DNA of 63,750 bases, counting the filler, from Trypethelium eluteriae (lineage: Eukaryota): assembly GCA_051942245.1 (NCBI GenBank). It is 5 parts of 5 records of this genome, joined end to end, with 100 filler letters (N's around TTAATTAATTAA, not from the genome) between each part and the next. Parts side by side here need not be neighbours in the genome. Positions count along the whole stretch, not along the records: positions 38,344 to 50,999 come from JAVECL010000763.1; positions 51,100 to 63,750 come from JAVECL010000764.1; 3 more parts are not named here. One strand, 5' to 3'. Every line of letters begins with the position of its first letter. Position 1 is the stretch's first letter. Of this stretch, positions 48,251 to 60,274 are shown piece after piece. The translations under genes were made by a program, and so were the position numbers. The notes below the pieces were generated by a model, which saw nothing but the letters and a program-made list of their open reading frames with translations, made no database searches and was not told where the DNA came from.

Positions 48251-48582
48251 TTAAGATGAAGTAGAGCTGACACTGCCGGTACTACTCCGTGAATCTTCGT
48301 GCGATAGACTAGCAGACGTGGAGGAAGCCTCAGATCGCCGACGAGCGGAGGTAGTGGCAGTATCGAGTTGTTGTTTGGTGTGTGCGTGCATGATGCTACG
48401 ATATCACGAGTCAGCAAAATTGTTCCATTGCGAGATGATTACAGTCAAGGGCGAAATGCTTACCGAGCATAGGAGGACATGGCCTGCATAGGATTGTCCA
48501 AGTCAAAGTGATTGGTAAAATCGTGTTGAGCGCTGATGGGCTCGGCGAAGTTCTCTTGAGCGTAGACTGCGGTAGTTGCCAT
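48251..48582 (-). CDS. Small 87-aa Ser-rich protein; 2 exons
   Basis: ATG at 48582, intron 48396-48463 (GTAAGC...GCTGAC...TAG), spliced product MATTAVYAQENFAEPISAQHDFTNHFDLDNPMQAMSSYARIMHAHTKQQLDTATTSARRRSEASSTSASLSHEDSRSSTGSVSSTSS*. Confidence 0.75.
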
Positions 48583-50704
48583 TTCGTCAAGATGAAAGCA
48601 AGCAAGTGTGAGATGTTTGCTTGGAATGGATAGTGATCGAGGGAGTCGTTTTATTAATGGACGTATGGAGTGATTTTGTGGAGATAAGAGTTGGAAGTGG
48701 AAATAGTATTTTGGCTGTTGGTAGAAAGGTTGCAAAAAGGCAACTAGAATGCAGCCTTCAGCAGGAATATATCTTCAGGTCAATGTACAGAAAGGCCTGG
48801 GCGGCCTGCGTCAACAAAGTCGGTTGCGGGACCCACCAGACCCTGGAGGCAGTAACACGCGGGAAATGGTTCAAATGGCTTTCTTTAGTGGGGAGGTGAT
48901 GGCGCCGATTCGCAAGTCAGCAACAGGGATCCTACCTATCGTCCCAATCAGCTTGATGAGATAAGAGAAGACCCTGACAGATCTGCGGGCCCTGCATGCC
49001 AGCAGTGATGTCGATGACCCGCTTTTTCTGACCAAAGATTGCATGAGAAGACGCTAGGGCGGGCATGCGACCCGCCCGGAGGCGGCATGCGCACCAGACT
49101 TCCAAACACTCCAGGGTCCGGGCGCTGGATGTGCGCGCAGACAACATCATTATGACCGAATCTCCTCTGCCCACCACTCTCCCCCTCCCCCTTTGGCCTC
49201 TCTTCAGCCGCCAACGTTGGATGCTAAATTCGTTCAACCCTAACGCCTCGTCATGCCACAAGGCCACCACCCGCCAGACGGGGTGCCTTTCCCGTTCCTT
49301 AGCCCAAGAAATCACCTAACTTTCCACTATTCCGTCATGCATAACAGGAGATTTTCTCAAGCTAGCAGTCGCAATATTCCTCGTCAGCGCTATTGCCCTC
49401 ATAATTGTTGTACCACTTCACTATCCATTCCCAGCGTCTCTTTCCCACGTGAAAAAACGCATCGTCGATGCTCGGCCTCGTCAAATCATTCCCTTGCCTT
49501 TTGGCTTTATCGATCTCAAGCACTCTTATCTCTCGATTCCCTGTTCGCCCTTTCCATGCTTCAATCATCGAGCAATGAGATCATCTCGTTTTACCCACTG
49601 TCTCCACCTTCTCCCCCATCCTGCATGAGAAGACGGGAATGTTGAAACGCTGTCCATGGCTGGAACTGCATTCCATGATGCACCGCCGATGATCCTCCAA
49701 TGGCCGTTGCACCGACATCCCGATCAGGCGCCATCATTGCGATGATTGCTAGACTGGTGGGACTGCTGACTCGTCTGACGCCATCCCACAGGGTGACTCG
49801 TTACCACATCTGGACAATGACGCTGCGCGGCAGAGGTACGTCGACAATTAGAGATGGCCCTTCGCCAGTAGGCGCTGCTGTCGCTCTGGATCTGGTAATT
49901 CTGGACGTCGTACCCATACTCTACAGATACTTTCTCCGCAGTTAGCTCGAGAGAATCCAATATGTCTCGGGCAGCGTATGTGGGAAGGTCTATCCGTTGT
50001 CAGACGCGACATTTCATAGCCAGCCAATATCATACAGCACCTGTGACATTTTCCGGAGTTGATTGAGACTGCTGGAGAACTCTTCACCTCTTGGTGCCTC
50101 GGTGCTTTTTTCGAGTGCAACTCCAACCGATGCAAGCACTTCACTACGATATTCCCGAAATTAGTGATCGGGAATACGTAGTCTTGACCTTGCTCGTCAA
50201 CCAGGGAATGAATACTTCACGTCTGTCCAGTTTGCTGCAAAGTCTCAGTTCCACCAAATGCATACAATTCCAGAAAATTCAAGAGAAAACACGAATTGGA
50301 ACCCCTTTCCTACTTCGATGTTTGATATCTTCAAATAGACTGCAACGGAACCTTAGGTAAGTATTGGTCACGGCTTTCCCTTAACATGGAGGGTATGTAA
50401 GAAGTGGCCGCCATTCTCTCAAAAATATTCCTTTGGGTGAAAACGACCATATCGATTATGCAAACGGCCAAACCGTGCTTGCGCAGGAGTAGAGTATGTG
50501 CTACACATGTATCTAGGTAGCTTGCACGGCAACCAGAGATTTCCACCAACGCCGAAATCTCATCTCAGGAACCCAAGTAGCGTGGCTTGCCCCTACGAAA
50601 CTCAAGGAGCGGGATATCATAGTTCAAAGAATCGTATCACACCTCCCGTTCTCTCGACCCCACGAGCATATTCAACTGTTCTTCCAATGCCTTCTCCTCA
50701 CCAC

Positions 50705-50999
50705 TCAGAACTCTCCCTCTTTTACACTTCCGGCACCCAGTCCCAACGCCCCCCAGACCCCGATCAGTCCCCACATGCCTACGGTCCATCCCCTCCACAA
50801 ACCCGCCATGCCCTGACCCTTCTGCTGTCTAGCCCCTACTGCCTTGCCCCGCACCTGTCCCGGTAACGACGAAGGCAACGCCAGACTAATCCGACTACCC
50901 TCCTCGCGAACAATATACCACATCGTCCCCACAACACCCTTGTACGGCCCAACCTCGACCACAGTCTGCAGCTGCTCCTCCACCTTCACATCTCCCACC
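50705..50999 (-). CDS. UGO1: Mitochondrial fusion protein Ugo1, C-terminal fragment
   Basis: VGPYKGVVGTMWYIVREEG...KGQGMAGLWRGWTVGMWGLIGVWGA, a degenerate carrier-like EG..GLWRGW repeat. Truncated at the spacer. Confidence 0.75.
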
Positions 51000-51099
51000 N
51001 NNNNNNNNNNNNNNNNNNNNNNNNNNNNNNNNNNNNNNNNNNNTTAATTAATTAANNNNNNNNNNNNNNNNNNNNNNNNNNNNNNNNNNNNNNNNNNNN
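51000..51099. other. Artificial contig spacer N44-TTAATTAATTAA-N44
   Basis: Same spacer. Confidence 0.98.
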
Positions 51100-51223
51100 T
51101 GGTGGTGATGATGATGAGGAGGAGGAAGAAGAGAACGAGCACAAGGGCGGAAAGGAACGGGAGGGGGTTGAGGGCCCCCCCGTCAATTACGATAGTGAAT
51201 CGGAGGAGAGTGAGGCGGAGTAG
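51100..51223 (+). CDS. Acidic C-terminal tail of an unidentified gene truncated by the contig edge
   Basis: GGDDDEEEEEENEHKGGKEREGVEGPPVNYDSESEESEAE* followed by AT-rich 3'UTR-like sequence. Confidence 0.55.
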
Positions 51224-52896
51224 AAAATTTTTTTAAAACCACAGTTTTCCAGCAGATGAAGCATTGAAGATGTCTCAAGATACTTCTCCGCATTTTTCTT
51301 TTATTTTTCAGAGCACCCCCCAACAAGATTTTGGCGAACTTGTCATAAGTGACCCCGAGAAAAATCAATCACGAAATTGCCTATGACAATGATAAGCTAC
51401 CTTGAGTGTATGACTGTTGAGTACCTGGCTTGGTGTATCGGAGCTTACCCCATGGATGTATGAAGTCGGTTGGTCGGTCTCGAGAATCCCGACTCTGATT
51501 GGTTCATCTTCACCGAATAGCTGGAAGAGTTGCGACCAATGCTGCACTTGCCAGGTAGGCTCCTATTTCCGTATACAATAGCGTCACTCCGCAGGACTGC
51601 AAGAACTCCATATGGGTCACGGTGGGTCACACGTTCGATTTGTGCGCTCGATTATGATGATAGAAACTCCCGATGTCGTATCGAATCGTCCCCAATACCC
51701 GCTTCCAATATAGAAAGACCTCTTGAAGCCATGAGAAATTTATGGCGTTCTTTGAGTCAGACTTTACCCTGTCATGTGGTCGCTTGAGAATATGATAAGA
51801 GGCAAGCTCTGAGTAATGATGGCTGTGGTTTGTGGTCTAGTGCACAGCCAACTCACCGACCAGGCTGTCATGTCAAGCACTCTGCAGGGCGTAACCTAAG
51901 ATCGTAGTGTAACTGGATTAGCTTCCGATAGGGTTGTCTATTGGTTGTCGGGATTCTACATATAAAAGGCCAATAACCTGTTGCCTGCCGCAGTGTCACG
52001 AGGCTGACAATTAATATTGCGTTCAAGAAGGGCCAACGGTTTCTCCCAGAGGGGAGTTCTAAGAATTTCAATGAACATGCTCAAGCTTAACTAGAGAAGG
52101 TTCTAAGCATCAGTAGGTACGCATGAAGAGAGGATTGAAAAGCGGTGCTCTCGAAACTGACAGCCGAAGTAACTCAGAATCAGTCGGGATGTGTGGTTAT
52201 ACCTATGCCTGGTACTGTTGCAATCACGACTACTTCATATGGTCAGATTCGATTGAGATATGCCAAAATCGGCTTTTGTAAGTTTTGGTTCGGGCAAAGT
52301 CATTCTGCAGAAGACATGAACTTTAATGGCGCTGGATAGGAGCGGTTATTCGTACGATGCATGGAGTATCGATATGTGTAAAGATATGACCGTGTTCTGT
52401 GAAGGCCTGAGCGATTATTATTGTGACCAGTGTTCAGAAGACTATTCGCTGGAATACGAGCTTGACGAACTTTGAGTATGTGAGTTCGGCGCTTCAGGAA
52501 TCAGTAGAATATTTCTGACAGGTTGAAGGACCCTCGAAATTGATTCACGCCCCCTCTGAAAGACTCCACCATCAATGTCTTCATATTCGTCCATAGCGTT
52601 CGAGTACACACCTTGAATTCGTCCACTGCTTCTGGGACTAAGCAATTTTCATGGCCGGATTCTAGGTGACCTGGATAATGTAATGAGAACCGTAAATTCA
52701 AGCCTCATAGTCTATGAATAAGAGGGGCGAACTCCATCGAGCCATGTTGTAGAAAGCCAAGACACCATATCACAGTCCTGTATTCTTTTCCCCCACCGGC
52801 GCCTTGAAGTTCAATCTCGAAAATCGACTGATAGGAAGGTACAGATAATGCAAAGTAGGCAAAGATGGTACGAGTGTAGAGAGAGTGCACAGAGGC

Positions 52897-54398
52897 TTAT
52901 GTTTTGTAGTCCATCTCATCCGCCATTCGTTGATCCGCCACCCCATTATTTTCTTTTGGAGTCAGCGCTGGAGAAACCGCATCTTCGTCACTGCCGACTT
53001 CGCTTGGTGGAGCACTGTCATTGAGATTGCGCCGGCTTCGAGTCATCTACCGAATATCTCACTGTCAGCAGAGCCTCCTAGAGGGGTGCATTAATGCTAA
53101 AGGTTCTGGTTGATGCTTGCTTACCCAGGATCGGACACCACCAATTAACCCAAGGCTATAACCTGTGGCAAAGTCACTCCTGTTCCGACTCCGATCCTCA
53201 CGTCGCGGCACGTCCAGATGGCTGAGGTGAGCAACTGCACTGGGGCTCTTAATCGAACTAGTACCTCCCTTTCCCACTGACTTGGCTGGTGTACTAGGGC
53301 CAGGACTCGCAGCTCGACTGCTTGGGAGACCCCAGAATTGCCTTAAGTCCTTTGACAGTTCCTGGCCAGTGGTCGACCAGTTGGACCGGATGGCCTCTCC
53401 AATCTCTGCAACATGACGCTTGAGCTCGAGTTCGTTTTGCTTAAGCCAAGAAATGTTGAGTTCCTTGCGCGAAGTACCACGCTTGAGCTGGCGCGCGATA
53501 TACTTCTCGTGGTCACGCACGATCTTGGTGATGATACCTGTTGTGCTAACACCTTCAGTTCTTTGGGTGACGAGGAATTTGCCTTGTTTCTTGATGGGTG
53601 CGTAGACGTCGCCGCACTCGGCTGCGCCGTACGGAAGGTCATCGTGGGCAACATAGTCGATCTTGTGCTCCTCGAGGAACTCTGTTGAGACAATCCATGG
53701 GCAGTCCTCGATGACCTCATCGACCCATTTGCAATGCCTAACGCTCTCCGCGCGCTCTTTTCCGGACAGCACCGTGAGACCTTTCCGTTTATGAGTCTCT
53801 TTGTCACCCGTGACACCAACGAGGAGGTAGGTATTAGGGAAGGCATGCTTTGCTTGCTCGAGTTGACGCATGTGACTGTGGAGTAGTTAGCGGTCTTCAT
53901 CGCAGTTTCAGCTGGGAATCATTACCCAAGATGGAAAAGGTCAAAGACTCCATCAGCGTAGACACGAATCTGCCGGCCTTTAGGAGGTGGATTCGTCTTG
54001 TAGCCTTCTGGGTGGACGAGCCCAGCTTTTGGTGGAGGCGGCATGTCCTTCACTACTTGTCTCTGCTCATTATCCTTTTGGGTGGTCCCATTCGTGACCA
54101 CATCACTTCCGTTACTGGCAGAGCCCCTCCCGCCCTTTCGTGGTCTGCCACGCGCAGGCGTCGTTTCGGAGGACGGCTCAGAGCTGGCGCGGCGTATATC
54201 CACGTTTTCGCTAGGTTTGCTCGATCTTGATCTTTTTGCTGGGGGAGTCGGTGCTTCGGCTTGGCGCTGCTTAATACTGCTCACTTCCTGTAGAACTGGG
54301 TCCGCAGTGTCTTCTTCAGAGGCATCGCGTGACGAGGGCTGTACCACGTCCAATGTAGACTTCGGAGGAGTAGGAGCTCTTTTCCTCTTTGGCGCCAT
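52897..54398 (-). CDS. PCT1: Choline-phosphate cytidylyltransferase; 3 exons
   Basis: NLS-like MAPKRKR, RVYADGVFDLFHLG|HMRQLEQAK (HxGH), RHCKWVDEV, IDYVAHDDLPY and QRTEGVSTTGIITKI. Last exon MTRSRRNL...MDYKT*. Confidence 0.95.
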
Positions 54399-55350
54399 TG
54401 TGTAACCTGTAGGGAAGCCTCTGGAAGAGTAGATGATGTGAATTGAGCAACGAACGCAGACCAATCAAACTTGCACAGATGCGGCAGGACCCGGATAACG
54501 GTACTTCGAACAGGTAGGATGGCGGCCAATTTGATGAGCTTGTGGCCTATGTCATTGGCATACCGCGAGAATTTGGCGATCGTACTGAAGGGTTGCAATG
54601 GAAATCTGAAAGATGAAGGGCAGTCAATTGTCTAGCTTAAAAGTCGCATTAACTACCAGGACTAGGTACCCCCGGTACCGAACCTGACCTGCCTAAGGCA
54701 ATTCGAATTTCCACTCTTCCCTGTTATTGAGCTTCCCGCCATCCCTGCTTATGCATTGCATCATAAAATTATTCACGAATGACGTCGATCGGGAAATGAG
54801 CAGTTTCCATGAAAGCTTAACGCTAGATATTTTAGGCCTGACAACAAACTACTCAATCAACGAGCCAGCAAGCGGATATCATGAAGTATGATCAGTGACA
54901 GCGAAAAACTGTACAGCAATTCATTACACTTCGCTAGAGAAGTGACCGTTTTCGTATGCTAAAACAGAGCCTCAGAAATCTAATTTCGTCCATTTGGTGG
55001 GATGCTAGCACCCCGGCGACTATAGCGCAACGTTGGCGCGTGATATTTATCCTCATTTATTTGGCACCAAACGTCATTGGTGGTCGTACGGACGAGAAAC
55101 ATTTTGCCTATGAACGCAAAATCGTTATCATCTAAAACGATACTCGGGTCGGTTGCCGGTCTAGAAGCCTACGATTTCTGCTGGTTATGTGCGGAAAAGT
55201 GGTCAACGTGGATTCCGTACTCTTCTTCACGCGTCAAAACCGCATTTAGTTGGATTGGTGTAGTTGTCGACATACAACACCCTAGCATCAGACTGACTTT
55301 GAGAAGGCACAGAATCATGAAAGAATAGCGCAACTTGCATATTAGGAGGA

Positions 55351-56184
55351 ATGGAGTCAAAATATCTACCGGGAAACATCACCCCAGAGTTAATACGAGA
55401 ACTACTTTCCGAGTACCCGCAGTATATTCCAGACAGCCTCGCGCAGCTCGAGGAAGCTCGAATGGTATTGATACCAGAGTCTCTTCGAGAGTTGAAGAAA
55501 GATAAAGAGGCATACCTCACTGTTCACGAGCTTGCACAACTTACGGAATGGAAGTTGAAGAACGGCACTTTCCGCCCTTCACTCTTGCAACTCGTCAATT
55601 CCAACGCTGAGAAGGAGGTGATCGAGTCAACGATGGAAGCTTTTGGATGGATTTCGAAAGCGCCACGCACAGATAGATCCGATGACGTCGATAGACCGAT
55701 AAATCGTCTCACAAAGCTCCGAGGTGTCGGTCCAGCCACAGCCTCTCTAATCCTCTCTTGTTATGATCAGAGCCGATTTCCCTTCTTTTCTGACGAGCTT
55801 TATCGCTGGCTTCGATGGGATGAAGAGAAAGGCATCGGATGGGATCGAAAATTGAAGTATACCAAGGGAGAATATGAGTGCCTATATGAGACGGTGCATT
55901 CGGACAGTCTGGGCTTACAACGAGAGGAGCTAGAGGGTCACAATATCACAGCCCTGGAGCTCGAGAAGGCTGCTTATGTGTTGGGAAAGAGAACTCAGGA
56001 CTTGAAAGCAACGAAGGGAAAGAAGGATGACAACGAGAGAGTTTCGGAAAAGCGCCAAACACTGAAGAGGAGGACAACAGAGCGTGAGGAGCCAGATGAA
56101 GGAAAGCCAGGTCGAGTTAGAAAATCGGCAAAATCCAAGAAACCCGAAATGAGACGCGAAGGAGAGAACAAATGCGATGCGTGA
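55351..56184 (+). CDS. Uncharacterised protein with a helix-hairpin-helix motif (DNA-glycosylase-like fold) and K/E/R-rich tail
   Basis: ELAQLTEWKLKNGTFRPSLLQLVNSN, HhH-like LTKLRGVGPATASLILS, PFFSDELYRW, KLKYTKGEY and LEKAAYVLG. Confidence 0.8.
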   Translation: MESKYLPGNITPELIRELLSEYPQYIPDSLAQLEEARMVLIPESLRELKKDKEAYLTVHELAQLTEWKLKNGTFRPSLLQLVNSNAEKEVIESTMEAFGWISKAPRTDRSDDVDRPINRLTKLRGVGPATASLILSCYDQSRFPFFSDELYRWLRWDEEKGIGWDRKLKYTKGEYECLYETVHSDSLGLQREELEGHNITALELEKAAYVLGKRTQDLKATKGKKDDNERVSEKRQTLKRRTTEREEPDEGKPGRVRKSAKSKKPEMRREGENKCDA

Positions 56185-56625
56185 GATCAAAGAGAGGAAC
56201 ATTGAACCGCTCAAGTTGCTCACGGATTCCGAAGATCTACAGCAGCGGATAGAGCAATGCGTGCGGACAGGACCCGACGGCTCTCCAACATATGATCGCG
56301 TTGAATTCGAACTCGATTATTACACGTGCGCAGGTATCCGGCCAAAGTGGAAGCGAAAAGTCGACGTCGTTGAGGTGCCTGTTCTTAAGAAAGCAGAGCT
56401 TATGGGAATGGTCTTCAGTGGAGTCCCGGTTTCTGTTTTCGGCGCATAGAAGCATCGCATAGCTCGTGACCTCGGCAAGCCGTTCCAAAGTGGAAAATGC
56501 GGATTTCCTAGAATGGCAGAAGAGGGGCTTTGGAGCTTGCGACGATGATTTCGACATCAGCGAAATAGGCGAGGCGGCAAACAGGAAGATCGATGAGTTC
56601 ATGGCAGGCTCCTGGTTCCGAAGAG
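56177..56625 (+). pseudogene. Disrupted coding fragment (in-frame TAG at 56447-56449 and frameshift near 56486)
   Basis: RTGPDGSPTYDRVEFELDY...KKAELMG...FGA*KHRIARDLGKPF, then in a shifted frame KVENADFLEWQKRGF...MAGSWFRR, which reads as one continuous protein-like sequence. Confidence 0.55.
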
Positions 56626-59600
56626 GAGACCAAGAAAGCATTATTGATGTGGACTCTCGGAAAACGTCCTTGATTACTTTCGTTCTGACCTTAGTATTTG
56701 TCATACCTTCCATTCTTGAAAAAAGCTTAAAGAATACATCATGGGTATCGTGTAGGTGAGCTTACGCTCGTGCTTCAAAGGTCCGGTCATCCTTGTTGTA
56801 CGGCCCGGAAGGAGTCAGAATATCGATCAAACGAGGAATAGCTCCTTATGGCAGCCTTGACAGTAACTTTGAACGCTTCCGAAAGAGGATCGCGGAGGCA
56901 TTGTGTTTCGTCGTCTGGCTGCATAAGTGGTGATCTTCTTCCAAACGGAGGAAAAGTACGAAGTAGAATGTGATTGATCCTAAGCTAGAGATGATTCATC
57001 AACCATGTAAAACACAAAAGGGAGTCCAGAAACGAACGAGATCGAGTGATTGCTGATGCATCTATCAAGAGATGCATTGTACTCTAATAGAGGCGAAGTC
57101 AGCAAGGTTCAAGCTAAGATGTACACCAATTGCCCGACTGTGAAGGAAAGCCATGTGATTTTATGCTGGACCATGGCACAGTCGTGGAATGCTATGTATG
57201 GATTTCCTTTGCAAGGATCGAGCTACCACAGAGGAGAAAGAAAGTGACTTCGCATCACGCAAACCAACCAGAATTGCAGGCTGCATGTCCCATGGGATTA
57301 AGCCGTGGCACTTTCCGTGGCCGGGGAAGGGGGAGCCGGGACGGAGAATGTTAAACAGGTTGGGTACCAACCATCCACTACCCAAGTGCGTCACCGCCCG
57401 ATCTTTTCGCTGTACAGAGAGCCTCCACCACAATCATCTATCTTAGAAGTCACTGAGAAGAGCTCTGGGACTTGTGATTGTTCGGGATTGGTCTATACAC
57501 TCGTGCCCTTCATACCCTAATCCTACCCTACCACCCTGACAAATCCGTGTAGAATGGATTGAAATAAATACACTGTAGAATGCCAGAGTAAAATTTCCGA
57601 GGGTGATGTACTAGTGGGGGGTGGTAGTCAACAATTCCTGGCCCGAACGACGCAATGTGGGAAGACATCACACCAATCATTATGATTCAATTACATACAA
57701 GCAGAATTGTGATCTGGTAACGCTATGCATTGGTGGTCCAGGGAAAATGGGGCTAGCTGACTTCAAGTCAGGAAGGCCTAAGCGGGCCGGGTCATATCTA
57801 ATTGCGCGACGTTAGGAGGGCGTATACGGAGTAGGATGAAGTTTCTTTTGTAGTGGCACTCTTGGCTGCGGAGTCTGAGATAAGCTTTCTTTTTAGTGCG
57901 CTTGTAAGTTAGCGCCGATGAGGGATACGAGTTTTCATGTACGTAGTCTTAGAGCAAAGCAGTACGAAGTAACAGTAATTACGCTGTCGCGCAAAATGAA
58001 CTTGGGCAGAATCTCTCAAATGCCTGCTTGAAGTTCGATTGTCTAAGGGAGAGGTCTTCGTTCGGAGAAAAGAAAAGCGTCTGTAATTTCTTGATTCCGT
58101 CATCAAGCTAGTTCCACGTGGAAAAGGGCGCGGATAAAGCAAGCGCATCAGGTACTAGATCGCCAGAGGGCCTTAGTGGGGGCTCTTCAGAAGTCTCGCC
58201 AGCCCGCGTGCTCGCTATATAGCAGCTAAGCACTAGTGAAGTCTTCCCGTGTTCATGCTCCAGTACTTCATGTGTATCCCGTCGACGGCCGCGGATTATT
58301 GTGAGGCGTGTCTGGGAATCCAACAGACTGAAAATGCCCTCGTGCTGTGAAGAATAATTATGCAGTGAATAATAGAAGGCCTATCTTTGAGCATTGCAAC
58401 TCTTTCATACTCGCAGACGCAACTCGCAGAACTTGGTTCAGACCCCTGATTTGATTGCCTTATGCTGTCTTATCTGCAAGAGAGAAAGTCTCGATCGGAT
58501 CTGAAAGCTGAGGCACGCCAAAAGTGGAACCCGGAGAGAAAAGAAATACCCATCTTGCGATCATACAAAAGCACAGATCTTAGATTACCTAAGATGGGCG
58601 AGACTCGGCTTTTTGGGCAAGATTGATTCTGTGGCACCAGTCAGCTTCTTGCAAGGCCGAGATATGGCCAGTAGCGTGCCGCCAACAGTTTCAGAGGAGT
58701 CGATGATAGCAGGAGACTACGACAGATATCGAGACCTTTATTACTGAAAAATCTCTGGATAGACAGCAAGCAAGATTACTATCGTAACAGCACCAATAGG
58801 CAAGCACGAAATATGGCTGCAACAAGAACGCGGAAGTCGAGCTGGATAGGATCCAAGCTCGATAGGCTGTGGTCCTGGGCTCTGCCTCGACGTGGGACGG
58901 AAATGGAAAATGAGTAATTAGCGGAGGTCCACTTTTGCTCCTTACCACAATTTGAGTGAATCTTGTTGTAGAGAGGGGAGAGTGGGACGGTGAAATTAGG
59001 CGATCTCAGCTAGCCCAGGAGCGAGGCGGATGGGTGATTGGCGTCAAGGGTCTCCCGCGCGCCGCGAATCGCTAAGGCGAGTCATCCCCGGATCATTTTC
59101 CGACCAGGAATTCCAGATCAGACAAAACGGTGAGACAAACAGAAAACCCTCTTACGACTGGGGTCGCACCGCGCCATTGGCGGGCGCGGAGATGGTCGAC
59201 CAAAGTGCTGGAGCACGCCAAAGGGCCATCCGGCTGTCCGCCACCTCGCCAAGTTGTTGAGCCTTTCAAGCCCTTCCGAACTTTACCACCTTACGCTGCC
59301 GGCCCAAAGAGCGACTTGACTCAGGACCAGGCCCTTGCAGATCCAGAGCATCCAGAGGCCAGTCGGTGCGAGCCATTCCTCGGCCGGGGCCTACACCATA
59401 GGATAGCGCGATCGACTGCCGTCACGCTTCCACGGTATCCACGGTGAATTCCAACGCAGCAGCAGCAAGGGAGGCTGAGAATACGTCTCACGACAGCTCG
59501 ATTCCCCGGCTACTAAGCTTCACAATTGAGCCGAGCCAGGGCGTAACAATGATACTCCCAGTCGCGGCACCGCCGAAGCGTTCGTCGTCAAACCTTAAAA

Positions 59601-60274
59601 GTCATCTCCAGCGGGGTGCTACAGCACCTCCCCATAACCATGTCACCACCCCCGAGAAGTTTCCTCTGACGACGCCTTCAACTCTATTACATATCCATGC
59701 CCAACCGTTTGCATATCCTTGTGTCCTCCAAGTCTCCCTCCTCTTCCCCCCCGGTCGTGTGCATCCCCGCGGTTCTTGGCCTTTCATATAGGGTTCCGCT
59801 TGCTGTGCGATGATTTAACGAGACGCACTGTTGGTGACACTGATCGACAGTTGCATAACCGGTCTTCGAAATCCCCGATCCATTTGGCTACCCGTATAAT
59901 AAACTCATTCTTGTGCATTCGGCAATTGAGAATTAGTTCGAGCACCTTACATCTACCACGATTGATTTGGAAAATCAGCATTGCCCAACTCACATAGAAG
60001 GGAAAATCCCAATGCACGTGGGAAAGTGAACGCGTAGCAAATCAACGTGGGCATCAATGCAAGCGTGACATTACGCTGATCCACTGCTTCTTTGCTTTCA
60101 CTGCTCGGTCAATGCCGCGCCTTCGACAGCGGTCAATGTCCCGCTGAGATTGTCTTGCTTTTCTCCAGCCTCAAAGGCTTCGACTTCCGAAAAATTGCTG
60201 CATCCTCTTCCACTTTTCTCCTAACCATCCGGGATTGGCTTCTTTGCGCGGACTTCTCTCTATCCTCGGCAGCT

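Noticed and set aside
3016..56449. Genome-wide TAG reassignment suggested by two in-frame TAGs
   Set aside because: TAG is the normal terminator of conserved genes here (PRE3, ERG12, RCY1, sedolisin, CMD protein, MHYT protein).
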